A stretch of 64,000 bases of DNA from an uncultured Acidimicrobiia bacterium (GTDB taxonomy: Bacteria; Actinomycetota; Acidimicrobiia; Acidimicrobiales; SZUA-35), in assembly GCA_963781035.1 (NCBI GenBank), contig CAWAEN010000004.1:4304-68303 (forward strand), written 5' to 3'. Shown here piece after piece: positions 19,616 through 28,890 of this stretch. The translations under genes and the position numbers were made by a program. The notes below the pieces were generated by a model. That model searched no databases, was not told the origin of the DNA, and saw only the letters and a list, made by a program, of their open reading frames with translations. Within the stretch, counting starts at the first letter, position 1. Each line of letters starts with the position of its first letter.

Positions 19616-19990
19616 TCAGTCGTCGCGGTGCAGGATCGCCGAGATGGCAGAAAGGGAGAAGACGGTGATCGCCGGCATGGCCCGCTTGATCGGGTCCTTG
19701 ACCTTCACGTGCATGCCGATGGCACCAAGCATGAACATGGCAAGACCGGCGGATGCGGGCCGCACGAGCTTCGGGAACCAGTGACCGGCCAGCATCATGC
19801 TCGCCAGGCTCACCTTCGTCGCCCCGACGGCGTACATGGTGTTCTCCGACATCCCGTACTCGGCGAACTCCTCCTTCATGTTCGTTGCGTCACCGCCGCG
19901 ATATCCGGTGTCCTTGTTGAACCGGTTGAACCAGACGTTCAGGATCCACAGGCCGGCAACTGTTCGAGCAATCGTTCCGATGTTCTGCAT
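19616..19990 (-). CDS. DoxX family membrane protein
   Basis: Last 124 aa of ORF 19616..20473, from ATG at 19990: MQNIGTIARTVAGLWILNVW...MKEEFAEYGMSENTMYAVGATKVSLASMML. Confidence 0.7.
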   Translation of the reverse strand: MQNIGTIARTVAGLWILNVWFNRFNKDTGYRGGDATNMKEEFAEYGMSENTMYAVGATKVSLASMMLAGHWFPKLVRPASAGLAMFMLGAIGMHVKVKDPIKRAMPAITVFSLSAISAILHRDD

Positions 19991-20115
19991 GAGTTCTACG
20001 TTCCCCTCGATTGGACGCCGCAAACCGGCGTCCTCCGCATTCTCCCGCAGACGCTCACTCTTTGAAGCATCGAGCGAGCCGGGGTCTTCGCCCCGGCTCG
20101 CCCTCCCTCCGGTCG

Positions 20116-20604
20116 TCACGCCATGGGCGGTCCGATGATGTCGCAGTTGTGCTGGGCGGCGTGGGCCGTGAGCGCCGGCCCGTCCACCGGCTGCGGCGTC
20201 GGCAGATAGCCACCGGAGGTGACAGCCCGGCTGCCCTCGAGGTGGAAGTCCTCGAACCCGGCCGGTGTGATCACCTCGAGGTAGTGCGCCTCGTCGCTGT
20301 CGATCCGGAACGAGTGAGGAACGTCGCGGGGCAGCCACGCCATCTCGCCAGGACCGCACGTCTTCTCCTCGCCGTCGAGCAGCACCGTGAGCCGGCCCTC
20401 GATGACGTACATCGCCGTGTCCTCGTCGTGATGCACGTGGAGCGGCGGCGAGAATCCCTGGCCGCCCCGCCACTCGATCGTGGCCAGCTTGCCGTCGGTC
20501 GTACCGCCGTCATTGATGATCCGCATCCAGGTGTCGAGGAACCAGCGCCCGTCTTCGGGTGCGGTTGCCGCCCCGGTCGTCGCTGTCGCCGTTGTCTCCG
20601 TCAT
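20116..20604 (-). CDS. cupin domain protein
   Basis: Intact 162-aa ORF with cupin motifs GFSPPLHVHHDEDTAMYVIEG and GEMAWLPRDVPHSF. Confidence 0.8.
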   Translation of the reverse strand: MTETTATATTGAATAPEDGRWFLDTWMRIINDGGTTDGKLATIEWRGGQGFSPPLHVHHDEDTAMYVIEGRLTVLLDGEEKTCGPGEMAWLPRDVPHSFRIDSDEAHYLEVITPAGFEDFHLEGSRAVTSGGYLPTPQPVDGPALTAHAAQHNCDIIGPPMA

Positions 20605-20638
20605 GATGTGCCTTTCGTTTGGTGGTTGGTGTTCTGTC

Positions 20639-21065
20639 TCAGCTGCCGTCGTCGGCGAGCTGGGCGGTGATGGCGGGATGGTCGAGCCAGACGTTCTCGC
20701 GGGTGATCAGGCCGTCGTCGTCGAACTCCATGACGTGCAGGATCCGGAACCGGAGTGGCCGGTTCATGCCGGGGACGCCGAGCGGAGCCGACGGCCCGAC
20801 CGATCCAGAGGCTCTCGTCGGTCAGACAGTTGTGGCCGTAGTAGCGGTGCAGGGTCTCGACTCGTTCCCCGGCGAGATCGGCGAAGACCTGTTCGTAGGT
20901 CGGTCGGGTCTCGTCGTGGCCGATCGTGGGGCCGTCGGGGCACCGACGATGTCGTGCACGACGTCTGGTGACGAGCGTGGCGAGCACGCCGTCGACGTCG
21001 TCGGCCATCTCGAAGGCGAAATGGCGGTCCATGAGCTCGTCCATCTGGGCTGGAGTCAGTGACAT
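20639..21065 (-). CDS. SnoaL-like / ester-cyclase (NTF2-fold) protein; frame break near 20775-20790, plus a possible compensated indel pair at 20930-20975
   Basis: ATG at 21065 (MSLTPAQMDELMDRHFAFEMADDVDGVLATLV...GHDETRPTYEQVFADLAGERVETLHRYYGHNCLTDESLWIGRAVGS) in ORF 20601..21089. The tail LGVPGMNRPLRFRILHVMEFDDDGLITRENVWLDHPAITAQL lies in another frame and ends at the TGA at 20639. Confidence 0.6.
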
Positions 21066-21081
21066 GTCCGGCCTCGTCCGG

Positions 21082-21544
21082 TCAGGCACCGAAGGCGATC
21101 AGCTCGAGCTGGATGCCGTCCGGGTCGTAGAAGGTCAGGAGCGAGATCGGCGTGCCCTGCATCGGGTACACGCCGGAGATGCGTGACGCCGTGGCCATCG
21201 AGATGGATCGCCCACGCGCCGAGGGCGCCGACGTCGGCGACCTGGAAGCAGAGGTGGTCCAGACCGGTGCGGGTCGGATCGAATCCGTCGTCGTCACGGG
21301 CCGGGTGATGGTCGAGGCCGACGTTCATCGACATGTCCGGCGTGCCCATCACGACGGCGAAGCCGCCTTCATCGCTGTGGTGATGGGCTTCTTCGAATTG
21401 GCGCTCCAGTCCCAGCACCCGCCCGTACCACTCGGCGCTCGCTTCCACATCACGCACCGTCAAACCGACGTGCTGGATTCCGGTGAGTGTCGGCCTGGTG
21501 GTCGCCGCCCCCGCCTCGGTGGTGATCTCGGTCGTGGTCATCAT
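21082..21544 (-). CDS. VOC/glyoxalase-family protein (possible ring-cleavage dioxygenase type); frame broken once near 21175-21190
   Basis: ATG at 21544 with AAGGAG upstream: TGIQHVGLTVRDVEASAEWYGRVLGL...GLDHLCFQV in ORF 21056..21718. The C-terminus SRISGVYPMQGTPISLLTFYDPDGIQLELIAF lies in ORF 21082..21297. Confidence 0.75.
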
Positions 21545-21647
21545 CAATCTCCTTCTGCGTGGTGCTGCGTCTTCGGGTTGAAGACGAACGGTAAAGACGG
21601 TCGACCGGCCGGTGAATCCCTTGCGACGGGTGTTGTTGCTGCCGGCT

Positions 21648-21667
21648 GAGGGGGTCGACACCCCCTC
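21648..21667. promoter_or_regulatory. hairpin/inverted repeat GAGGGGGT-CGAC-ACCCCCTC in the divergent VOC-operon/LuxR promoter region
   Basis: Read directly from the sequence: 8-bp arms with a 4-nt loop. A second repeat, GTCTTC-GGGTT-GAAGAC, lies about 80 bp upstream (around 21568-21584). No function is shown. Confidence 0.3.
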
Positions 21668-21711
21668 ATCGGGGGATCGACCAGCCGAACGCCGCCACCT
21701 AACGTCAGGCC

Positions 21712-22789
21712 ATGGCAATTGGTGACTTCACTCGTGCCCGCGACCGGATCCGGGCGCTCGATGACGAGCAGCCCGACCTGACTGCGACCCTCGAGGCGGC
21801 ACAAGCGGCGCTGCACGACGTGTGCGACTTCTCCTGGAGCGCGTTGATGACCGTCGACCCGGTGACGTTGCTGCCGACCGGCGGTCTGGTCGAGGGATTC
21901 TCGGCCGATGCGTGTGCGCCGTTCTGGGACGACGAGCTGCTCGCCCCCGGCTACAACAAGTTCACCGACCTGGCCCGCAGCAACGACAACGGTGGCCACG
22001 CTGTACGACGCAACCGACGGCGACCTGGGCCGGGCACCGATCTACAACAACCTCTACGCCGGCCTCGGCGTCGCCGACGAACTCCGCGCCGCCTTCGTAC
22101 GTCGGGACCACCTGCTGGGGAGTTGTCAGCCTGCTTCGATCAGCCGACGACGGTCCGTTCACCGACGAGGAGTGTCGTCACGTCACGCAACCTCGTGCCG
22201 ATCATCGCCAAGGCTCTTCGGGCCAGCGTGGTCGCCTTGGACATGGAAGCCAAAGGCGCCGCAGCCATGTTGGTCGTCGACGGCGACAACAAGATCGCAG
22301 AACCTCACGATCGAGGCCGGCCGCATGCTCGACGACCTCCGCACCGTCGGCGTCGACGAAACCGGGCTTCCCGCCATCGTGCGAAACGTGGTCACCCGGG
22401 CCAGGGCCAGTCGATCGTCGACACACCTCGCGACCCGCCTCCACGGCACCTCCGGCGTGTGGCGACGCATGACGGCGATCCCCATGGAGGGACCCGATGG
22501 CTCGGTCGCGGTGATGATCGAGCCGGCCCGGGCCGCCGATCTCACCCCGATCCTGCTCGAGGCCTACGGGTTGACCGAACGCGAGATCGACATCGTGATC
22601 CTCCTCGCCCGAGGGCTGGCGACCAAGGACATCGCCGCCGAACTCAGCATCTCGTCGCACACGGTCCGGGACCATGTGAAAGCGATCTTCACCAAGACGG
22701 GGTTCAGCACCCGAGGCGAGCTCATCGCTCGAGTGTTCTCCGACCACCTCCTCGACGGTTTCCACGCTGCAGTGCACCGCGTCGACTGA
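21712..22789 (+). pseudogene. LuxR-family transcriptional regulator (N-terminal sensor domain plus C-terminal HTH); 4 frame breaks (about 21990, 22120, 22190, 22300)
   Basis: The protein runs through three frames. First MAIGDFTRARD...YNKFTDLARSNDN (ORF 21712). Then VATLYDATDGDLGRAPIYNNLYAGLGVADELRAAFVRRDHLL (ORF 21908). Then WGVVSLLRSADDGPFTDEECRHVTQ (ORF 21822). Then NLVPIIAKALRASVVALDMEAKGAAAMLVVDGDNKIAE (ORF 21712). Finally LTIEAGRML...LTEREIDIVILLARGLATKDIAAELSISSHTVRDHVKAIFTKTG (LuxR HTH). Confidence 0.7.
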
Positions 22790-22935
22790 GCCGGCAGCGT
22801 CGGCGACGCGAACGCAATCGAAACGACCTTCGGATGACACGACGGGCGACGTTTGTCCGACTCGGCACAGCGCAAGAACTCGAACAGGCTGTCTCCAGCG
22901 GCTCACCGTGAACCGCACGAACAGAGGAGACCCCA

Positions 22936-23343
22936 ATGACCGCCACCATCCAGACCGAACACGGCTACCAGCAACCGGCCAACCGAGTCAGCGCCCCGGC
23001 GAAACAGTCGGTCATGATCGGCTGCCTCTACGCCCTGATCGTCGCCAACTTGGTCCAGGTCCTCGCCGGGTTCACCGGCGCCGACCCGAGCCCGCCATCA
23101 GCAGTGGTCCCCGGCATCGCTGCAACCGCGCTGCTCGGACTCGGCGCCCTGCCGATGATCCAAGATCGCCATCCGGCCGGCTACAAGCTCGGGATCGCCT
23201 TCTGCCTGGCATCGATGGTGGGAATGGGCCCACACAAACTGTTCATGGAGAACGGCGGCGTGATCGCCCCGATGGCACTCGTCGGTTTCGCCTTCGAAGT
23301 CGTCTTCATCATCCACGCAGTCCGAGCGCTCCGGTCCAATTGA
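22936..23343 (+). CDS. membrane protein (135 aa, ~4 TM helices), unknown function
   Basis: Intact ORF with GAGGAG upstream. Helices include VMIGCLYALIVANLVQVLAGF and GIAFCLASMVGMG. Confidence 0.65.
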   Translation: MTATIQTEHGYQQPANRVSAPAKQSVMIGCLYALIVANLVQVLAGFTGADPSPPSAVVPGIAATALLGLGALPMIQDRHPAGYKLGIAFCLASMVGMGPHKLFMENGGVIAPMALVGFAFEVVFIIHAVRALRSN

Positions 23344-23353
23344 TCGCCACACT

Positions 23354-24031
23354 GTGCAGATGACAGACGGACCGACCTCCAACGAGCACGGACATGACGG
23401 GCACGGCCATCACAACGACCGGGGTCTCGCCGGGGCCGTCCGCTATCTGCGATGGCTTCCCCAATTGTGGCGGTCCGAGATCAACGACGCTGTGGTCGCC
23501 CTGGTGGCGCCCCGATCGGGTGAGCGAACGGTCGACGTCGGTGCCGGGATCGGTGCCGGCGCGTTCCCGGCTGCAGCAGCCGGCGCCCACGTCCTGGCCG
23601 TGGAACCGACGCCGTTCCTGCGACGAGCGTTCCAGCTCCGTCGGGCGATCAGCCGCCACCGCAGCTCGATCGACATCGCCGACGGCGCGGCCGAACAGAT
23701 CCCGGCCGGTGACAGCACGATCGATGCGGTGTGGGCGGTGAACACGATGCACCACTGGGTCGACGTCGAGCGCGGTGTCACCGAGATCGCCCGGGTCCTC
23801 ACCCCCGGCGGGCGGGTGGTGCTGGTCGACGAAGACTTCACGGACCCGACCCACCCCGAACACGAGCAGTTCGGCGATGACCACGGCCCCGCGCATCACG
23901 GATTCACGATGGTCGAGGCCTCGGCCATGGCAGATCTGCTGCGAGCGGTCGGACTCACCGAGGTCGACACCTCACTCGACACCGTCGTCGGCCGCCCCGT
24001 GCTCGCCGTCACCGCCCGCAAGCCGAGCTGA
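23354..24031 (+). CDS. class I SAM-dependent methyltransferase
   Basis: Intact 225-aa ORF. Motif I is VDVGAGIGAGAF, followed by VLAVEP and IDAVWAVNTMHHWVD...LTPGGRVVLVDE. Confidence 0.85.
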   Translation: MQMTDGPTSNEHGHDGHGHHNDRGLAGAVRYLRWLPQLWRSEINDAVVALVAPRSGERTVDVGAGIGAGAFPAAAAGAHVLAVEPTPFLRRAFQLRRAISRHRSSIDIADGAAEQIPAGDSTIDAVWAVNTMHHWVDVERGVTEIARVLTPGGRVVLVDEDFTDPTHPEHEQFGDDHGPAHHGFTMVEASAMADLLRAVGLTEVDTSLDTVVGRPVLAVTARKPS

Positions 24032-24036
24032 CCGGG

Positions 24037-24423
24037 CTACATCCCACCGAGAACGGCGAAGCTGCCGACGGCAGTGACGATCTCCTTGTCGCCGACACGG
24101 GCCACGGCGTCGATGTGGATGATGCGTCGACCGGCCCGACGGACCACGGCCTCCACCTCGATCGTGCCCTCGGCGCGGGCCGACAGGTAGCGGGTGTGGA
24201 TGTCGATCGTGGCGCACAAGAGGCCCTCGTCCAGCACGCTCATCGCCGCCGCTCCCATCGCCGTGTCGATCATGGCGAACGGCACCGAACCGTGGACGAC
24301 CCCGTTCGGATTCAGGTGTCGGTGTTCGATCACGAGCGACGCTCGACCGACACCATCCGCCCCCTCGACGGTGAACCCGAGCAGGTCCTTCAGCGGGAAG
24401 TCATGGCCGGCCTGCTCACTCAT
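24037..24423 (-). CDS. PaaI-family (hotdog fold) thioesterase
   Basis: Last 128 aa of ORF 24037..24897, from ATG at 24423: LNPNGVVHGSVPFAMIDTAMGAAAMS...VEAVVRRAGRRIIHIDAVA. Confidence 0.85.
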   Translation of the reverse strand: MSEQAGHDFPLKDLLGFTVEGADGVGRASLVIEHRHLNPNGVVHGSVPFAMIDTAMGAAAMSVLDEGLLCATIDIHTRYLSARAEGTIEVEAVVRRAGRRIIHIDAVARVGDKEIVTAVGSFAVLGGM

Positions 24424-24555
24424 GGCAAGCAAGCTAGGCGAGACCGACAGAAGACAGCGAGGCTGGTGACCAAGCCGGCTGGGATGGTGGCACCATTGAG
24501 CGATGCGCCAGTCGTCCACCCCTCGCCGCACCGTCGGTCGGGCGCGGGTCGTCGT

Positions 24556-25833
24556 ATGACCGGATGGTTCCGGCGTGGAGCCGAGGAGGACGAGCCGGTC
24601 GCTGCTTCTGCCGAGGACGGCGAGCTCGTCTACTGCGGGGACGACGGCAACGGGCTGCTGCTGACCGGCCCGACCGCGGCGGTGGCCGAGATCGTCGATC
24701 GGCTCCAACGGATCGGCGGGACGGCGATCGTCGCCTCGCCGGTGGTGCCGACCGAGGCCTTGGCCGTGTTCGCCACCGGCTTCGCCGACGGTGCCACCTC
24801 GAGCCAGTACATCCGCCACACCCCGTCCAGTCGTCTGCTCCTGGAACAGCACGGAGCCATTCCCGCCGGCGGCGGTTCGTTCCGATCGATGGTCCACGAC
24901 GGACGCGGCATTGCCGGCAATCTCGACTGGGAAGTCGTGAACTCCGGTCCCGAGCGAGCACTCGCTTTCCAGTCAGCGGCCATCGGCCTGGCCTTGCGCA
25001 CGGCAATCAAGAACGTCGAGGTCGCGGTCGAGCGGGTCGAGGACAAAGTCGACCATGTCATCGCCATGCTCCGTTCCGAGCGGCTCGGCAGTGTGCTCGG
25101 CGACCGGCGCACGCTCGACGGGTTGGTCGGCCACCTCGATGCCGGCGATGCGCTGACCGCGGCCGACTGGAGCTCCGTCGCCGCGCTCGGCCCCGCCATC
25201 ACCCGCGACCTCGAGAAGCTCCGAGCCCATCTCCGGACCCAGCTCGAAGAAGCCGAATCGAGTTGGAGGCCGCGGCAGCGGGCCAAGGCGGCAGATCAGC
25301 TGCTGGCCGACGAGCTGCTGTCCGAGACCCTGGCCCTCCTCCTCGTTGCCGAACACAACTTCTCGCAGTGGCAGCAGCTCCGCGTCCGGCGGATCGCCAA
25401 CGATGAACCCGAGCATCTCGAGGCCGCCGTCCGTCAAGCGCAAGCGGCGATGCGGGAGCACCTCGATCAAGACCAGGCGTTCCTCGATCAGTTCCTTCGG
25501 GCCCAAGCACACCTGCTCGAACCGAAGGCCATCGATGTCCTGGCCCCATTCCAGAGCCGAGCACTCGGTCGGGCCGAAAGTGAGCTCACCGCGCTGGCCG
25601 AATGGTTCGCAGAACAGCGGCTGCTGGAGTTCGAAGCCGCCGATCGCCAAGAGCGCCCAACGCTCCCCAAAACCGTCGGAGCCATCCTCGAGGCGGGGCG
25701 TGACCGAGTCCCCGGCTGGAAGTCAGAGGAACCCGATCTGCCGGACGACTACGACCTGCCCGACCCCGGTGACACTGCAAGCCTGCGCGACATGACCGAG
25801 TACGACTTCGACCCAGCTTCCGGGGACGAGTAG
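24556..25833 (+). CDS. hypothetical protein (425 aa), helical/coiled-coil C-terminal half; paralog of the partial gene at 1..457
   Basis: Internal ATG of ORF 24115..25833 (MTGWFRRGAEEDEP...). Segments include GLLLTGPTAAVAEIVDRLQRIGG and IRHTPSSRLLLEQHGAIPAGGGSFRSMVHDGRGIAGNLDWEV, followed by long helical segments. No family recognised. Confidence 0.65.
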   Translation: MTGWFRRGAEEDEPVAASAEDGELVYCGDDGNGLLLTGPTAAVAEIVDRLQRIGGTAIVASPVVPTEALAVFATGFADGATSSQYIRHTPSSRLLLEQHGAIPAGGGSFRSMVHDGRGIAGNLDWEVVNSGPERALAFQSAAIGLALRTAIKNVEVAVERVEDKVDHVIAMLRSERLGSVLGDRRTLDGLVGHLDAGDALTAADWSSVAALGPAITRDLEKLRAHLRTQLEEAESSWRPRQRAKAADQLLADELLSETLALLLVAEHNFSQWQQLRVRRIANDEPEHLEAAVRQAQAAMREHLDQDQAFLDQFLRAQAHLLEPKAIDVLAPFQSRALGRAESELTALAEWFAEQRLLEFEAADRQERPTLPKTVGAILEAGRDRVPGWKSEEPDLPDDYDLPDPGDTASLRDMTEYDFDPASGDE

Positions 25834-25844
25834 TTTTCGTCCCG

Positions 25845-27043
25845 GTGAACGAGCTTCCGTATGGAGTCGTCGGTGGAGGAATCGTCGGACTCGCGATCGC
25901 CCGCGAATTCACTCGCCGACATCCGGGGCGCGAGGTCCTCGTCTTCGAGAAGGAAGCGGAGCTGGCAACGCACCAGACGGGACACAACTCCGGCGTCGTC
26001 CATGCGGGCATCTACTACAAACCCGGGAGCCTGAAAGCCGAACTCTGCACACGGGGCCGCGAACTTCTCCGAGACTTCTGCGGGGAACACGACGTCGACT
26101 ACGTCGAGTGCGGGAAGCTGGTTGTGGCGCTCGATGATTCCGAGCTGGACCGACTCGATGCCCTGGAACGATCAGCGACCGAGAACGGCGTGCCGAACCT
26201 CCGGCGGGTGGACGGTGCAGAGATTCGAGAGATCGAACCGCACGCCGCTGGAATCGCCGCGCTGCACTCACCGGCAACGGCGATCACGGACTACGGAGCC
26301 GTCGCCCAGGCGTACGCCAACGACATCGAGGCGGCCGGCGGCCGGATCCATCTCTCCTCGCCGGTCAGCGGGATCGACCGAACGGGCAGCGGGATCACCG
26401 TCACGACCGCTGAGCGGCACGTTCCAGGTTGCGAAACTCGTGATCTGTGCCGGCCTCCAAGCTGACCGCGTCTCCCGGCGCGGGGCAGAACGCACAGGGG
26501 CTCGAATCGTGCCCTTCCGCGGCGAGTACATGGACATCAAACCCGAGAAGCGTGACCTGGTGCGCGGCCTGATCTACCCCGTGCCCGACCCCCGTTATCC
26601 CTTCCTCGGGGTGCACTTCACCAGACGGGTCAGCGGCGTGGTCGACGTCGGACCGAACGCCGTGCTCGCCCTGGACCGGGAGGGGTACGGACGCATGAGT
26701 GCGCGAGGACAGGGACGTGCGCGACATCGTGACCTGGCCAGGGTTCTGGCGCATGGCATCGCAGCACTGGCGAACGGGCGCGAAGGAGGTCTACGGCTCG
26801 TTGTCCACCCGTGCGTACATGAAGGGTGCCAGCCGGTACGTTCCCGAGATCGGAGCCGACGATGTGGTCCGAGGGACGGTCGGCGTGCGTGCCCAGGCCG
26901 TCGACCGCGACGGCTCACTCGTCGACGACTTTCGGATCGACGAGGAGGACGGCATCGTCAGTGTGCGCAACGCGCCATCACCGGCAGCGACGTCGAGCCT
27001 TGCCATCGCGGAGTACGTCGTCGACGCAAGCGAGGGTCGCTGA
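25845..27043 (+). CDS. lhgO: L-2-hydroxyglutarate oxidase-like FAD-dependent oxidoreductase; 2 frame breaks (about 26410-26420 and 26695-26715)
   Basis: GTG at 25845: [17 protein letters not shown]...[26 protein letters not shown] (the LhgO-type N-terminus as I recall it). The protein continues [18 protein letters not shown]...[11 protein letters not shown]...[17 protein letters not shown] (ORF 26122 frame). It ends [12 protein letters not shown]...[18 protein letters not shown]...[19 protein letters not shown] (ORF 26699..27043). Confidence 0.8.
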
Positions 27044-27152
27044 TCAGCCCCAGCAGTCCTCGCGACCCCGCTGGCTCGACACGATGTTGATTCCGAGATC
27101 AAGCCCGTCGGCGCTGTCGGTCACGACCAGTTCTCCTTTCGAGATGTAGCAG

Positions 27153-27168
27153 CGCCGGTTCGAACCGG
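27153..27168. other. perfect 16-nt palindrome GCCGGTTCGAACCGGC (hairpin, terminator or operator candidate)
   Basis: Read directly from the sequence. It lies in the 148-bp gap between lhgO and the next gene. No U-tract follows it. Confidence 0.3.
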
Positions 27169-27190
27169 CACGATCCTGTGTCCCTCGTTC

Positions 27191-27817
27191 GTGTTCCCTG
27201 CCTGCTCAGCAGCGGTTGGCTCGGCAAGACTGTGCGACGTGCTTCGTGTGAACACCACCGTTGTTGCTGTCGTGACGGCCGATGAGCAGTTGGTCGAGCG
27301 GTCCGTGGCGCCGAACGTTGCGATTGGTCGTCCTGATCCCGAGCTGCCGGTGCTCGATCGATCGGCGGCGGCATGGTCGGCGGCGAAGCGGACGGGTCGC
27401 ACGTACTTCGTGCACGATGCCGATCCGCTGGCCGAGGTGGCAGAGGCCTGGACCGAGTTCTTCGATGGCTCGGCCCCGCACGGTTCGATCGAGGTGGCTC
27501 GTGAGTCGGTGTTGGCCAGGTGGCGTGCCGGCTCGGTGGCGCTACCCGACTACTACCTGCTGGATGCGCCAGATGACCTGACGCCGACCATGCGCCATTG
27601 GTACCTCGGGGTCTTGGCCGGTGCTGCCCTGACCCGGGTGGTGGCCCTCGAACCCGACCGTTCGATCGGTGACCACTTGGGTTCCCTGCCGGCAGGCCGC
27701 TGGTGGCCACCGCTCGATCAACTGCTCGAAGGGATCGAGCACGTCGTCCCCGATCGGGTGGAGCACGTCAGCCACGTCAGCGAGCCTGGCACGCCGGGGA
27801 TCGTCGTTCGCTCCTGA
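27191..27817 (+). CDS. hypothetical protein (start may be GTG 27248)
   Basis: Intact ORF with protein-like composition (TYFVHDADPLAEVAEAWTEFFDG...LPDYYLLDAPDDLTPTMRHWYLGVLAG). No family recognised. Confidence 0.55.
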   Translation: MFPACSAAVGSARLCDVLRVNTTVVAVVTADEQLVERSVAPNVAIGRPDPELPVLDRSAAAWSAAKRTGRTYFVHDADPLAEVAEAWTEFFDGSAPHGSIEVARESVLARWRAGSVALPDYYLLDAPDDLTPTMRHWYLGVLAGAALTRVVALEPDRSIGDHLGSLPAGRWWPPLDQLLEGIEHVVPDRVEHVSHVSEPGTPGIVVRS

Positions 27818-27827
27818 ACCGGTCGAT

Positions 27828-28664
27828 TCACCCGGGTCGGCTTGCGGGTGGGTGATCGACAAGGCGTGCTCGGACGAGGTCGGTTTCGGGAGAGCTCAGC
27901 TGGCGATTTGCCTTGACGCTGACCGTGACGGTGTCGGCAGTGGCCTCGTTGAGGGAACGGTGGGCCTCGATGTCGCGCAAGAACACCAGACCGGTCAGAC
28001 CGACGTCGTTGGATGACCCGGTCAGGCGGTCGACCGCGCCACTCTCGTTGGCGGACGCCCACTCCTCGATCGACATGGTGATGTCGCTGACGACGGGCAC
28101 CTGTGACAGGTTGGTCACCGACTCGATCGCATGATGCCCCGCGTGCCAGGTGGCGCCGTCGAGCGTGCGAAGCCGAACCGACGCGGCTCCTATCAGGTCG
28201 ACGGTGCCCTTCTCCTCGCTGCCGGAGACTCGCAGCACGACCTCGTCGCCGATTGCGTACCGGTCCTCGAGGAGCGCCCGGCTTCCGGCCAGGAGGTCTT
28301 TCACGAGATCCTGACCGCTCAACGCGATCGCCAGGCCGATGAAGCCTGCACTCGAGATGGCAAACACCGGGTCGACACCAAGGCGCTTGAGCGCCACCAA
28401 CGTGGCCACCGCGAAGATCATCAGCGTGATGATGTGGCCCAACATCCCCGCCACCGCATCAGCGCGTTGCCGCCGACGTACGTCGGCTTGGCCGTTGTCG
28501 CCGCGACGATCGAGGCGAACCCGCCACGACCCTCCGGTGCGTTGGGCACGGCGAACGGCCCGTCGCGTGAGGGTGCGGATCGTCGTGCGGGCGCACCACG
28601 ATGCAGCGACCGCAACGGGGAGCAGCATCAGTGCTTCGGTCAGCGAAGCGAACCGGGAATACAT
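27828..28664 (-). CDS. mechanosensitive ion channel (MscS family)
   Basis: Intact 278-aa ORF with TM helices. FIGLAIALSGQDLVKDLLAGSRALLEDRYAIGDEVVL...GTVDLIGAASVRLRTLDG matches the MscS pore and beta-domain signature. Confidence 0.85.
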   Translation of the reverse strand: MYSRFASLTEALMLLPVAVAASWCARTTIRTLTRRAVRRAQRTGGSWRVRLDRRGDNGQADVRRRQRADAVAGMLGHIITLMIFAVATLVALKRLGVDPVFAISSAGFIGLAIALSGQDLVKDLLAGSRALLEDRYAIGDEVVLRVSGSEEKGTVDLIGAASVRLRTLDGATWHAGHHAIESVTNLSQVPVVSDITMSIEEWASANESGAVDRLTGSSNDVGLTGLVFLRDIEAHRSLNEATADTVTVSVKANRQLSSPETDLVRARLVDHPPASRPG

Positions 28665-28692
28665 GAGAAGTCGGCCTCCGAGGACGATGGGT

Positions 28693-28707
28693 CAAATGTT
28701 TCATTTG
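28693..28707. promoter_or_regulatory. inverted repeat CAAATG-TTT-CATTTG in the AT-rich divergent region between MscS and 28891
   Basis: Read directly from the sequence. It sits in the only AT-rich patch of this intergenic region. Confidence 0.3.
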
Positions 28708-28890
28708 TATGACGGCCGGTATCGTGCCACGAGATCGGGTGGATGCGATGTCGCGGTGTCGGGGGACACAGACTGCGGCGCCGTCGTAGAGCCGTGGCCA
28801 TTGCTGCGTCCAGCCGGCATCCCACTGACAAACGCAATCGCTGTTGCACCGATCTAGTCTCTGACCGAACACCGAAGCCGAGGGGACACC

